Sequence record: OP114734.1
Source: Escherichia phage vB_ESM-pEJ01
Reading direction: 5' to 3' (one strand)
DNA length: 64,000 bases
Part shown: positions 1 through 8,580 of the stretch, piece after piece
Layout: the number at the start of each line of letters is the position of its first letter
How positions within the stretch are numbered: position 1 is the stretch's first letter
The notes under the pieces: model-generated
What the model was told of the DNA's origin: nothing
Database searches by the model: none
What the model saw: the letters and a program-made list of their open reading frames with translations, nothing else
Translations under genes and position numbers: made by a program

Positions 1-467
1 TGCACCATTTTAGGCATAGAGTTTTGCACAAATGCCGTAAAGCCATAAGCGCGACCATTGTAATAGTTTACGATTGTAAAGGTGTCAGTGTAGCTATAAG
101 CAGATTTCGCACCTAAACCAAAAGATCCGATATAATCATTAGTCTGGTCTTTGGTTGATTCAAAGTAAACCGTAAACAGTTGTTCTAATTCTTTCTTAGA
201 CGGAATACCAGTACCATAATCACGCACAGAAAAATACGGTTCGATTGCAGTCGGTAAATGAATATCAAACGGACGATCTAAGGTTCCTGCTTCTTTGTGA
301 GTGTCGGTAGCATTACATGAATACTCACGGACGCAAGCACGCTCACAATATTGATAAGTGTTCTTAGAAAGCACCATAAAAGCCTTGCTACTTGCTTTCA
401 GAGAAAAATCAACCGCACCGCTCAAGTCACTGCCAAATACTTCCTCATTATCGATATGCATTTTCAT
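1..467 (-). CDS. rIIA: rIIA protein, N-terminal fragment (gene continues past window start)
   Basis: Minus-strand translation from ATG at 465-467 (MKMHIDNEEVF...) matches remembered T4 rIIA N-terminus incl. GHKL-ATPase-like motifs VRDYGTGIP and GSFGLGAKSAYSYTDTF; SD GAGGA upstream. Confidence 0.8.
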   Translation of the reverse strand, partial: MKMHIDNEEVFGSDLSGAVDFSLKASSKAFMVLSKNTYQYCERACVREYSCNATDTHKEAGTLDRPFDIHLPTAIEPYFSVRDYGTGIPSKKELEQLFTVYFESTKDQTNDYIGSFGLGAKSAYSYTDTFTIVNYYNGRAYGFTAFVQNSMPKMV

Positions 468-481
468 AATATAATCCTCAC

Positions 482-739
482 TTAATTAAAATCTTCTTCG
501 TCCATCTCTGCGTAGATTACATCCCACGCCCATAAATCAATAAACGCATTATATGTCACGGTGCAATCGTTGTCAATCACTTCTTTCGCATATTTCTTGA
601 TGTTTTCGTAGGAAACTTGCGGATCAATTTTGTGTTTACGAAGGTGTGCATATTCATACCTCAAACATTTCATAAACAGGTTCATCGATTTCTTTTCTCG
701 ATGACACTTGGCGATCAGAAAATCAAAACTTCGACTCAT
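482..739 (-). CDS. hypothetical protein (85 aa)
   Basis: ORF track; AAGGAG SD 8 nt upstream of ATG at 739; no recognisable motif. Confidence 0.5.
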   Translation of the reverse strand: MSRSFDFLIAKCHREKKSMNLFMKCLRYEYAHLRKHKIDPQVSYENIKKYAKEVIDNDCTVTYNAFIDLWAWDVIYAEMDEEDFN

Positions 740-749
740 TTTCTACTCC

Positions 750-944
750 TTATACATTTTCAATCACCCATTGCAGATGGGCTTCTGCGTCAACCAGTTC
801 AGCGCGGCTTTTCTCTAAGCACTTGCTGTATTCTTTACGTTCCCAATCAGCAATTTCGTTTTTCAGGACTTCTTCATAGTAAGCAATTACGCCTTTCAGG
901 TCTGAAACTTTACGGCTTGCCAGTTCGATGTAATGGTTACGCAT
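750..944 (-). CDS. hypothetical protein (64 aa)
   Basis: ORF track; AAGGAGAATCAAAATG initiation region; no recognisable motif. Confidence 0.5.
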   Translation of the reverse strand: MRNHYIELASRKVSDLKGVIAYYEEVLKNEIADWERKEYSKCLEKSRAELVDAEAHLQWVIENV

Positions 945-1195
945 TTTGATTCTCCTTTGTTACTAGATAACGAATTTGGTCTTGCATTGCGATCAGTTCC
1001 CAGCGTGCTACTTTCATCATGGAAACCGACTCTTTGAACATAATATTAGCCTTTTCCTTATTCCCTGTCAAGTAGATTTCTGCAATTTTCACAAAATTTT
1101 TGAGTTTCTTCATTCTTAAACGGTTTCATATAAGTCAACCTTTTGTTTTCGATGGGGACATTATGATATATCCCCGATCCAATGTCAACAGATTT

Positions 1196-1495
1196 TTAAT
1201 CTTTTTTCAGTGCATCCATTACTCGCTCTGCGATCAGTTCTCGTAAGCACTGATAACCATGATATTTGATGGCAATGTCACGCAGATCATTAACCAGTTC
1301 CCGTACTTCATGGTCTTTCAGATCGTCTCTGTATTTCGATTTAACCGTGTCTTTAGGTGGATTGTGGATAACCTGAAAACCTTGTTCTGCAATCACTGCG
1401 GCTTCGCGCTGGCGTTCATGTTGTACTGTATTTTTGATCAGGTCTGCTTCCATGAACTTTGCCATACTCATCATCATGTTATTCTTTTTGCTCAT
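1196..1495 (-). CDS. hypothetical protein (about 99 aa)
   Basis: ORF track 1196..1531; start moved to internal ATG at 1495 (MSKKNN...) which has GAGGA SD, whereas the 1531 ATG lies inside promoter hairpin. Confidence 0.5.
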   Translation of the reverse strand: MSKKNNMMMSMAKFMEADLIKNTVQHERQREAAVIAEQGFQVIHNPPKDTVKSKYRDDLKDHEVRELVNDLRDIAIKYHGYQCLRELIAERVMDALKKD

Positions 1496-1518
1496 TATTA
1501 AATCCTCATAAAAGAAAA

Positions 1519-1557
1519 GGGAGACTCCCATTATAGAGAATCTCCCTTGTATGTCAA
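1519..1557 (-). promoter_or_regulatory. sigma70-type early promoter cassette (-35 TTGACA, inverted repeat gggaga/tctccc over -10 region)
   Basis: rc of tgtcaa at 1552-1557; inverted repeat 1519-1546; followed by SD and ATG of downstream gene. Confidence 0.4.
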
Positions 1558-2117
1558 CTAAAATTTAAAGATGCAAACTCCCCGTGATGAATTTTTGCAT
1601 ATTCATCATATGCTCTAGCGGCTTCCTCCTGAGTAGCAAACGATCCTATGTATTTTCTGTATCCGTTTATCCTTATTTGTGCTTGCCACGGTCTTTTGCT
1701 AGATCCTTTGCGATGAGTAACACCATTATATATGCTCGTGCACCCGTCCATTTTCTTTTTATTGTACATGTTTTGTTGTTGTGTTGCCTCCCGTAAATTT
1801 GGTGGATTGTTGTTTTCTGGATTCCCGTCTATGTGGTCTATTACCTTAACCTGTGTTCCATATTCAAGAAACCAGACAATTCTATGTACAAGATATGTAG
1901 ATGTTCTCTTTTTAACCTTATTGTAAACATCTATTGCCAAATGACCGTAATTTAACTTTTTTGTTTTTACTTTATCACCGACTCGGTAGAAATATCCCTC
2001 TGGTAGACCATTAAAAGACGGACTATTTGTTTTGTGATATAGAACACCTTCCGTGTGTTCAAATCTGCGTTTTAATTCCTCTTGAATTTCAGTATTCCAA
2101 AATTTCGCACTTTTCAT
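1554..2117 (-). CDS. HNH homing endonuclease with C-terminal AP2 DNA-binding domain
   Basis: HNH motif LVHRIVWFLEYGTQVKVIDHIDGNPENNNPPNLREATQQQN; AP2-like YNGVTHRKGSSKRPWQAQIRINGYRKYIGSFATQEEAARAYDEYA; start codon directly abuts stop of topoisomerase gene. Confidence 0.8.
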   Translation of the reverse strand: MKSAKFWNTEIQEELKRRFEHTEGVLYHKTNSPSFNGLPEGYFYRVGDKVKTKKLNYGHLAIDVYNKVKKRTSTYLVHRIVWFLEYGTQVKVIDHIDGNPENNNPPNLREATQQQNMYNKKKMDGCTSIYNGVTHRKGSSKRPWQAQIRINGYRKYIGSFATQEEAARAYDEYAKIHHGEFASLNFS

Positions 2118-2118
2118 A

Positions 2119-3942
2119 TTATGACGCCATCCATGCCTTCCTCATGTCTGAATCTTCGCTATAGAGCAAATCGAATAGCTCTTTATAGTTTTCCGGTAAC
2201 GTGATGATCTCCATGACAGGATCGTTGATCACGCGATGATAGTCTGATTCTGTGAGCGATGCTAAACCTTTGATATATCGAATGTTGTAACCTTTGATAT
2301 TATCTCGGTCGTTCTCGAAATCTTCTAGGTCATAATACCATCGAACATCATCACCTTTCTTTGGTTCAGCAATGATAATAGGTGTTTTGATAAACCGGAT
2401 TCGTCCATCTTCGAACAATTCAGGCCAACGTGCAAAGAAAGAGATCAGACTAGGTTTAATAGACCCGATCCCGTCGGTATCAGCGTCTGTCATAATCGCA
2501 ATATTTTTGTATTGCATAACTTCCAATGCATCAACACCAAATTGCAAGCCAGTGATCGCCATGATGTTAAAAATTTCGGCGTTATTAACGATCTTTGCCT
2601 CCGGTTGTTCCCACGTTGTAAGAGTTTTGCCTCGCAACGGGAAACCTCCATGTAAATCTTGATCGCGTACAGAGATCAGATAGTTGATCGCGGAATCACC
2701 TTCCGTCAAAAACAGGGTAGTTTCTGCGTCAGTTCCAATAAGGTTAGCTTTAACGTGTTTTGCCACCTTAGCCCGTTTCGCTGCCTTTGCTGCCTTAGTC
2801 GCTGCCGCTTTATCTGCTGCCTCTTTGCGTGCCAAGACTACAGCAATAATAGGCATGATAATGTTTTCTTTCTTCGCAATGACTTTAGCCAGCTTTTTAA
2901 AATCAAGATCAATATGACGCTTGATATCACCAGTCGGGTTAGTCAAGCGTTCTTTTGTCTGTGAATCAAAACGAAGGTTAGGCAATTCACGAACAATAAG
3001 AATACAGGTCAATCCAGATTTAACCGCAGCTTTAGTAACATCAACCTTATATTCTTTCTTGATTCGTTTTACAATCTCTTCACAAAGATCATCTGTCACA
3101 TAATCAACGTGTGTTCCCCCGTTTTTGGTAAACAGACCGTTAGCAAAGGATACTGATTTAAAACCTTCTCCCTCGACCGCCGGAACTAGGGCAAGTGAAA
3201 AGTTTTTATCTTCAATGACAAACGGATCATCATTGTATAGTTTAGCATAATCCTTGAACTTACTAACAATACGTTTACCATTAAACTTAAACGTGATCTT
3301 AGGAAATATTACGCTCAATGATTGCAGACGATCATGAACAATATCTAAAACAGAGTTGTCCATCATATAACCTTCGAAGTGGTCGAAGTCTGGACAAAAT
3401 GTAACCTTCGTTCCCTTCAATTTTGATGGTTTTGATGACCATGTGACATTTTCAGCACCGTTTGTGCATTGAACGGTCATTTCTGTTTCGCCGTCACAGG
3501 TCACACCAGTAAACCAATCGCTAAAGAAATTTGATAACGACGACCCAACACCGTTCATCCCTTGCGTTAATCGATTGGTATCATCAAAGTTAGACCCTGC
3601 TTTTGTTCGTGTCCATGCGGCTACAGGTTGCGGAATCTGCGTACCCTCTGGGGTAGTAACCATATGTTGAGGAATACCGCGACCATTGTCTGTTACCGTA
3701 ACAATATTGTTTTGGATATCGACGCTAATCACATTGGCAAATTCAAAGTTAGTGCGGATCGCCTCGTCTACAGAGTTGTCGATGATCTCATCAATGATTT
3801 TAACCAGTCCAGGAACGTATGAAATTTTTGTCCATTTACCGAACAGGAAACGTTGATGTTCTTCGTAAGTTGTTGATCCTATATACATTCCTGCACGCTT
3901 AAGGACATGTTCACGATCAGATAAAATGCGAAACTCACTCAT
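2119..3942 (-). CDS. 39: DNA topoisomerase II large subunit, uninterrupted (T4 gp39 plus gp60-equivalent in one 607-aa ORF)
   Basis: N-terminus MSEFRILSDREHVLKRAGMYIGS and GHKL ATPase motifs match T4 gp39; C-terminus NIAIMTDADTDGIGSI...RYIKGLASL matches T4 gp60. Confidence 0.9.
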   Translation of the reverse strand: MSEFRILSDREHVLKRAGMYIGSTTYEEHQRFLFGKWTKISYVPGLVKIIDEIIDNSVDEAIRTNFEFANVISVDIQNNIVTVTDNGRGIPQHMVTTPEGTQIPQPVAAWTRTKAGSNFDDTNRLTQGMNGVGSSLSNFFSDWFTGVTCDGETEMTVQCTNGAENVTWSSKPSKLKGTKVTFCPDFDHFEGYMMDNSVLDIVHDRLQSLSVIFPKITFKFNGKRIVSKFKDYAKLYNDDPFVIEDKNFSLALVPAVEGEGFKSVSFANGLFTKNGGTHVDYVTDDLCEEIVKRIKKEYKVDVTKAAVKSGLTCILIVRELPNLRFDSQTKERLTNPTGDIKRHIDLDFKKLAKVIAKKENIIMPIIAVVLARKEAADKAAATKAAKAAKRAKVAKHVKANLIGTDAETTLFLTEGDSAINYLISVRDQDLHGGFPLRGKTLTTWEQPEAKIVNNAEIFNIMAITGLQFGVDALEVMQYKNIAIMTDADTDGIGSIKPSLISFFARWPELFEDGRIRFIKTPIIIAEPKKGDDVRWYYDLEDFENDRDNIKGYNIRYIKGLASLTESDYHRVINDPVMEIITLPENYKELFDLLYSEDSDMRKAWMAS

Positions 3943-4041
3943 TATTAAACCTCTTCATAACATAACCATAACTTACTGCAACCGCCACAAAGACGGCTGC
4001 AACAATCATATTAAAAATTGAGTGATTGTCAAGTATATGAC

Positions 4042-4215
4042 TCATGACACGCGCACATTTTTATCATAGTACCCGCCATTAATCCCGCGCGGGGCAGTTA
4101 ATCCCTGTTTGCATTCTTTACCACATTCAGGGCATTCTGCCTTTTCACGCTCGGAAATTTTGCGGATTTTCTGAAATTGACCGTGTTCTTCACAAGAATA
4201 ATCATATAATGGCAT
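4042..4215 (-). CDS. small zinc-ribbon protein (FmdB-like CxxC...CxxC)
   Basis: MPLYDYSCEEHGQFQKIRKISEREKAECPECGK; start moved to ATG at 4215 with AAAGGGGA SD (track ORF 4042..4296). Confidence 0.5.
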   Translation of the reverse strand: MPLYDYSCEEHGQFQKIRKISEREKAECPECGKECKQGLTAPRGINGGYYDKNVRVS

Positions 4216-4216
4216 A

Positions 4217-4885
4217 TTATCCCCTTTGTTTCTTAACTGAATTTGGATCTGGATTTTCTGGTAGGTCTTCCAGACCCATAGCATAACGTTGTGCATAGAT
4301 TAGCATAAGAATATCGCGAGCGCAATCATGAATTGCATCATGTGCGATAAAACCATCTAGCGTACCCATTGGTAACGGGCATTCACACATACCACGATGC
4401 ATCAATGTACGCTCAATGGCGGTGCGAACATCTCGGATGTTCCAGAATCGCACAGGTTCAAGATTGAACGTCTCACGGGTATTGTGTGCACGGCGGATCA
4501 TATCAACCAGTAACGGAATATCAAACGCATTACCGCGTGACCACATTACGGATTTAACCGGATCTACTCCTACAGATTCACAGAATGCGTTAAAACGCGC
4601 TAAACCTTCTTTAGTTGATACTTCCGTACCATTTGTGATTAATTGCTTTCTCATGCCTTCTGAGGCGGTATTCTTCCACCATTCAACCACACCATGATCA
4701 AACACCCTTACACCTTTCTGGGAAGGAATATCAAATTTTACCAGAAAGGAATTGTCAACCAGTTCTTTAAATGTAGGTGGGTTGTGCGGATCTTCTTTAA
4801 ATCCGATTGCCGCCATATTGATCACCGCCCCATCAGGCGGATAACCTAAACTTTCAAAGTCAATCATTAAATCCACTGGAAGCAT
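4217..4885 (-). CDS. dexA: DexA-like 3'-5' exonuclease
   Basis: 222-aa ORF in the T4 dexA position between gene 39 and dda; sequence resembles remembered DexA but was not aligned. Confidence 0.65.
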   Translation of the reverse strand: MLPVDLMIDFESLGYPPDGAVINMAAIGFKEDPHNPPTFKELVDNSFLVKFDIPSQKGVRVFDHGVVEWWKNTASEGMRKQLITNGTEVSTKEGLARFNAFCESVGVDPVKSVMWSRGNAFDIPLLVDMIRRAHNTRETFNLEPVRFWNIRDVRTAIERTLMHRGMCECPLPMGTLDGFIAHDAIHDCARDILMLIYAQRYAMGLEDLPENPDPNSVKKQRG

Positions 4886-4886
4886 T

Positions 4887-5192
4887 TTAAATATCCTCCG
4901 CTATATGCCGGAACAACTCCAGATCGTTTTTATCTAGAATGAAACCGCTACAATCAATAATCCCTTTACCGTAATTATCAGTTAACAGTCGGTCCGTTGC
5001 CATGTATGCGCGTACTTTGTTGTTAAAATTAATTACATGTTGTGCATAATCACAATGAATCTTTTGACGGTTCCACGCGACAATTGATTGTAGATGTATT
5101 ACATTAGCCACATTATTAATAACAACCATATCAAAACCCTCGCTTAGTGGAATGTTCTGGCATTTTATTGATACATTCAGCTTGGTAGTCAC
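4887..5192 (-). CDS. hypothetical protein
   Basis: ORF track (GTG start at 5192); alternative ATG at 5129 with GAGGG SD would give about 80 aa. Confidence 0.45.
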   Translation of the reverse strand: MTTKLNVSIKCQNIPLSEGFDMVVINNVANVIHLQSIVAWNRQKIHCDYAQHVINFNNKVRAYMATDRLLTDNYGKGIIDCSGFILDKNDLELFRHIAEDI

Positions 5193-5196
5193 GAGA
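5126..5196 (-). repeat. direct repeat copy 1 (about 70 bp, roughly 80 percent identical to 5302-5372)
   Basis: accatatcaaaaccctcgcttagtggaatgttctggcattttattgatacattcagc... repeated with substitutions at 5302-5372. Confidence 0.6.
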
Positions 5197-5301
5197 TTTT
5201 TTTGACGAATTAAGAGCTACAGCCAAAAATCCTGTAACTGTTCGTTTGTCATTTTTGGCTTACACCGCGTATCTAAACCCTTCGTTCTTCTAGCTTCATT
5301 A

Positions 5302-5372
5302 GCCATATCAAAAACCTCTCTTAGTGAAATGCTCGATCATTTTATTGATACATGCAGCCTCACTATCGCCGG
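5302..5372 (-). repeat. direct repeat copy 2 (partial duplicate of gene start region at 5126-5196)
   Basis: gccatatcaaaaacctctcttagtgaaatgctcgatcattttattgatacatgcagc...; retains SD plus ATG but reading frame closes after 29 codons. Confidence 0.6.
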
Positions 5373-5475
5373 ACACGTTCCAGCCGTATAGACCCCATCT
5401 AAAGCACATGGTAACAGTTCCATTGTGACGGCTTACCGTCACATCATTAAATTCTGGGATACTTCGCATAATCAT
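5308..5475 (-). CDS. small hypothetical protein (55 aa), not in ORF track
   Basis: ATG at 5473-5475 preceded by GAGGAAATTATT SD; MIMRSIPEFNDVTVSRHNGTVTMCFRWGLYGWNVSGDSEAACINKMIEHFTKRGF. Confidence 0.3.
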   Translation of the reverse strand: MIMRSIPEFNDVTVSRHNGTVTMCFRWGLYGWNVSGDSEAACINKMIEHFTKRGF

Positions 5476-5485
5476 AATAATTTCC

Positions 5486-6877
5486 TCAAATATAGTCTAC
5501 TCGATACCTCGCACGGGTAACACCCACATATAATAACTGCATTGCCAATTCAAAGTCAACATTGTCTGTACACATGCAAGGAGTATACAGGAACACGCGG
5601 TCTACGCTGATCCCTTGTGACTTATGAATGGTGCAAGCTGGTAATGCTTTTACATTCAAGAACATACGCTTCATCGTCCAGAATGAATCCCAATCTGGTT
5701 TAAATTTTGGATTCTCTTTCTTCATTTCGCGATATTGTCCGGCGACCGTATTCAGATAGATAGAGAAAATGTTCTTCTGACGTTGTTCTGTCAGAATGTT
5801 GATTTCTACTAAATCTGGTTTATCTGTAGTGATTCCGACTGCATCTAAACCTACTTTCTGATTTAGGATTTCTTTGTCTTCGTCATCATCGACGCTTTCC
5901 ACTTTCAGAGTATATCCTAAAACTGGTTGCGGATCTACCCCCGTGCAACGTAATGTAAATTCACGCGGGATGACCTCTTTAACTCGGATCATCTCACCAT
6001 TGTTAAAAATAACATTGGGAATCTTCTTCCCGCGTTCATCTCGCAGATATTCGATCAATGGTTCCTGAGTAACCAGAATTTCATCTACAATCACTGGTTC
6101 ATCGGTGTTATAAACGCGCTTACGTACAATTTCATTGAGTTTTTCGACGCTCTTGTTAGTGTAGGCCAGAATACGGTTTTCTAGAAGGTCTTCCGGCGTT
6201 TTAACGGTTTCGAAATAATGCTTCATAAACTCCGGCAGAGTTGAGCTATGGAATACACCCTCGTTGCCGCACTGCTTTTCGAATACCCATTTACCATTAC
6301 GGACAGCGGTCGCCACATCAATTATTGGCGCATTAGATCGTTTAATCTCTGTAAGTTCTACATTCTGAAACCTTTCATCGGTGAAGAAAGGAGAGATCGA
6401 CGTTGCACCGCTCGGATCAACTGGTCGTAACTGGTACAGATCACCCACGGCAATAATAACAATTCGACCGTTGATACTCTTCATGAGAATATCAAATAGT
6501 TTCTTATCGACCATACTCGCTTCATCAACAATGATGATCTGAACATCATCTAGCTTAGGAGTATCTTTTTGCTCAAATACTTGAGTATCTTCATAGTTGG
6601 TCGGGTTTAGTCGCAGTAGTGCATGTAAAGTAAATGCTTGACGACCTACCGCTTTACTCAAAACTTTTTTAGCCTGGTGGGTAGGCGTTGCCAAAACCAC
6701 ACCAGTTACACCACGACGGACCATTTCCTGAACAATGAATTTCATCATTGCGGTTTTACCAGTACCCGCCGCACCACGGACAGTTGTATGCTTCTTTTGT
6801 TCAATGCGTTTCATTAGAACATCAAAAGCATGTTTTTGCCCGTCTGTTAACATATCGAAAGTTAATACTCTGCTCAT
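5486..6877 (-). CDS. dda: Dda DNA helicase (SF1)
   Basis: Walker A GAAGTGKT; FTEIKRSNAPIIDVATAVRNGKW and C-terminal LLYVGVTRARYRV match remembered T4 Dda; GAGGA SD. Confidence 0.92.
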   Translation of the reverse strand: MSRVLTFDMLTDGQKHAFDVLMKRIEQKKHTTVRGAAGTGKTAMMKFIVQEMVRRGVTGVVLATPTHQAKKVLSKAVGRQAFTLHALLRLNPTNYEDTQVFEQKDTPKLDDVQIIIVDEASMVDKKLFDILMKSINGRIVIIAVGDLYQLRPVDPSGATSISPFFTDERFQNVELTEIKRSNAPIIDVATAVRNGKWVFEKQCGNEGVFHSSTLPEFMKHYFETVKTPEDLLENRILAYTNKSVEKLNEIVRKRVYNTDEPVIVDEILVTQEPLIEYLRDERGKKIPNVIFNNGEMIRVKEVIPREFTLRCTGVDPQPVLGYTLKVESVDDDEDKEILNQKVGLDAVGITTDKPDLVEINILTEQRQKNIFSIYLNTVAGQYREMKKENPKFKPDWDSFWTMKRMFLNVKALPACTIHKSQGISVDRVFLYTPCMCTDNVDFELAMQLLYVGVTRARYRVDYI

Positions 6878-7191
6878 TATCCTAAAATCCTCACCTTGCG
6901 AACACAGATAGTATTGAGTTCTCGCCGTACCCGTTCTTTTTCATATTCAGGAATTTTATATTCGATACCATCCCGAACAATTTCAGAAGACCGGATTATG
7001 CCAAATTTTCGTTTAGGTACAACCTTGTATTTCGGTTCACCCGCCAATAGACTCTCACAATAATCTATCTGATCACACATTGACGCTAACGCAGCATCAT
7101 GTGTTTCGCAAGTTAGGACGCGACCTTTCGCGTCCACTGAGTATTGAAAGAATCCGTCTTTATCACGATAACATACAGCAAATACATGCAT
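6877..7191 (-). CDS. hypothetical protein (104 aa)
   Basis: ORF track; start overlaps stop of next gene; no recognisable motif. Confidence 0.5.
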   Translation of the reverse strand: MHVFAVCYRDKDGFFQYSVDAKGRVLTCETHDAALASMCDQIDYCESLLAGEPKYKVVPKRKFGIIRSSEIVRDGIEYKIPEYEKERVRRELNTICVRKVRILG

Positions 7192-7946
7192 TATAAACCT
7201 ACCTTCGCTTTCATCAATTCAATCCACGACGCATCAATCGGAAGCCCGTATTTCACGCGTTCTTTTTGTGCTGGCGTTAAGTTCTCATACTTAGAAAGAG
7301 ATTCAATCAAAACGCTGGTATATTTTAGCACGACTTCGGTATTGTTTGCAATAGCCTTAAGTTTTTCTTCTTTCTTGTTGATTTCGCTAAGGGCTTGCTT
7401 GAGATCTGCAATTTTCTGATAACGTTCTTCCATACGGAAGAGAGTATTTTTAATCGCTCGCTCGGCTGCCTCTGCTTTCTCCGGTTCGTTGTGCTTTTTG
7501 TGGCGCTCGATTGCTAACTTCTTTTCTTCGATTGCCATTTCCTGATTTTTGATGCGATTCTCGTTAAGTTCGATCCACTCGATGTACTTCGCACGTAGGG
7601 CAATTTCATCATCAGAAAGTTTACCGTTAGTTCCTAGTTCCTGGATCTCTTTAAGAGATTCGATAGTGTGATTGCCACGGAAAGAATTGTATTTCAGTTT
7701 AACCGGAATTACACTGCCATCAACATATCCTAGATTGCAATCAATGCGCTCTAAGGAGAGTCCATCATCACCTTCACCGAACGCTTCACCGGAATAGGCG
7801 CAATGAGTCTGACGGTAAATGTTGCGCACAGTGACTAAGCTCATAGAGAAGTCTTTGTTGCGACGTGAAGCGCCAGCCATGATAGAGTTCAGACGGAAAA
7901 CAACCAGCGCCAATTCTTCGTTAGATTTAAAAGCAAACAGTTTCAT
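7191..7946 (-). CDS. hypothetical protein with Lys/Glu-rich coiled-coil C-terminal half
   Basis: ORF track 251 aa; AGGAG SD; N-terminal segment HCAYSGEAF...ERIDCNLGYVDGSVIPV weakly HNH-like (uncertain). Confidence 0.5.
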   Translation of the reverse strand: MKLFAFKSNEELALVVFRLNSIMAGASRRNKDFSMSLVTVRNIYRQTHCAYSGEAFGEGDDGLSLERIDCNLGYVDGSVIPVKLKYNSFRGNHTIESLKEIQELGTNGKLSDDEIALRAKYIEWIELNENRIKNQEMAIEEKKLAIERHKKHNEPEKAEAAERAIKNTLFRMEERYQKIADLKQALSEINKKEEKLKAIANNTEVVLKYTSVLIESLSKYENLTPAQKERVKYGLPIDASWIELMKAKVGL

Positions 7947-7975
7947 AATTGATTCTCCTTAGTTGGCATGTGTGT

Positions 7976-8004
7976 ATTATTGTCTATCTGGTTTGTGCTG
8001 TCAA
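7976..8004 (-). promoter_or_regulatory. sigma70-type early promoter (-35 TTGACA at rc 7999-8004)
   Basis: rc of tgtcaa 7999-8004; A/T-rich -10 candidate 17-18 nt downstream; 25 nt before AGGAG SD of gene starting 7946. Confidence 0.35.
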
Positions 8005-8007
8005 CAC

Positions 8008-8511
8008 TTAAATTAAAGAAAATTTGTAAATCTCTATCAGATCGCCATTACACGCGTAAACTTCCTCGATCTCATCAAGGATCATGGTCGTCCCTGTCTT
8101 GTATATGCACTCGCGCTCATCTGCCAACATAGCATACAAAGACAGTCGAGTAGTCGGATTGTCATACTCTTTAGACACCACTCGGTCAATAGCATGTTCG
8201 TAATAATTCATGCAAGGCTTGGTAGGTTTTATTGCAATAATCTTTCCTGTTGCATAAACATCGGTTGCAAAGTCCTCTGCTGTTGATTGCAGTGGCGTAA
8301 AGCTCATAGGACGCTCTACAACGAAAGAATCGCCTACAATTAAGGTATCCAGCTTACGGCCTTCTCTTTTGCTCACACCGCGATACAAGGCTTCATGATG
8401 CACTAACCGCTCAGTCTTTTCAATCAATCCATTAAGGATCGACATATCGATATTTTCTTTAGAGTTCATCACCTCATCAATGATGTTAAGTTCTTCTGGT
8501 GTAAATTGCAT
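8008..8511 (-). CDS. putative mono-ADP-ribosyltransferase (ModA/ModB-like)
   Basis: 167 aa with candidate R-S-E triad: LYRGVS, LQSTAEDF, ADERECIY; syntenic with T4 modA/modB region; start codon uncertain. Confidence 0.4.
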   Translation of the reverse strand: MQFTPEELNIIDEVMNSKENIDMSILNGLIEKTERLVHHEALYRGVSKREGRKLDTLIVGDSFVVERPMSFTPLQSTAEDFATDVYATGKIIAIKPTKPCMNYYEHAIDRVVSKEYDNPTTRLSLYAMLADERECIYKTGTTMILDEIEEVYACNGDLIEIYKFSLI

Positions 8512-8520
8512 AATAAAAAA

Positions 8521-8544
8521 GCCTCCAATCTTTCGACGGGAGGC
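8521..8544 (-). terminator. rho-independent terminator hairpin (gcctcc/gggaggc) followed by U-run on minus transcript
   Basis: rc gives gcctcccgtcgaaagattggaggc then UUUUUUAUUA (8511-8520); lies just 5' of the 8511 start codon. Confidence 0.45.
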
Positions 8545-8574
8545 ATAATAAAACCATGATAGAGTAGTGTCAAC
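8545..8574 (-). promoter_or_regulatory. sigma70-type promoter (-35 TTGACA rc 8569-8574; -10 TATTAT rc 8545-8550)
   Basis: Predicted start falls inside terminator hairpin 8521-8544. Confidence 0.35.
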
Positions 8575-8580
8575 TAATTT

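Noticed and set aside
617-949. Plus-strand ORFs throughout the window (e.g. 617..949, 10377..10733, 14838..15257, 26733..27245, 33858..34247)
   Set aside because: All lie antisense within well-supported minus-strand genes, lack SD sequences and show low-complexity translations; treated as chance ORFs
2119-3942. T4-style translational bypass (gene 60 hop) or split 39/60 genes
   Set aside because: The ORF is continuous through the region homologous to both gp39 and gp60; no in-frame stop or 50-nt gap element observed
5221-5260. 10-bp inverted repeat agccaaaaat/atttttggct with 20-nt loop as a terminator
   Set aside because: AT-rich stem with long loop and no adjacent U-tract; more likely part of the duplicated or decayed region
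7191-7946. Calling ORF 7191..7946 an HNH endonuclease or Srd
   Set aside because: Only a weak His-Me-finger-like segment and no HH/HN pair; I cannot recall Srd sequence well enough to match; left as hypothetical
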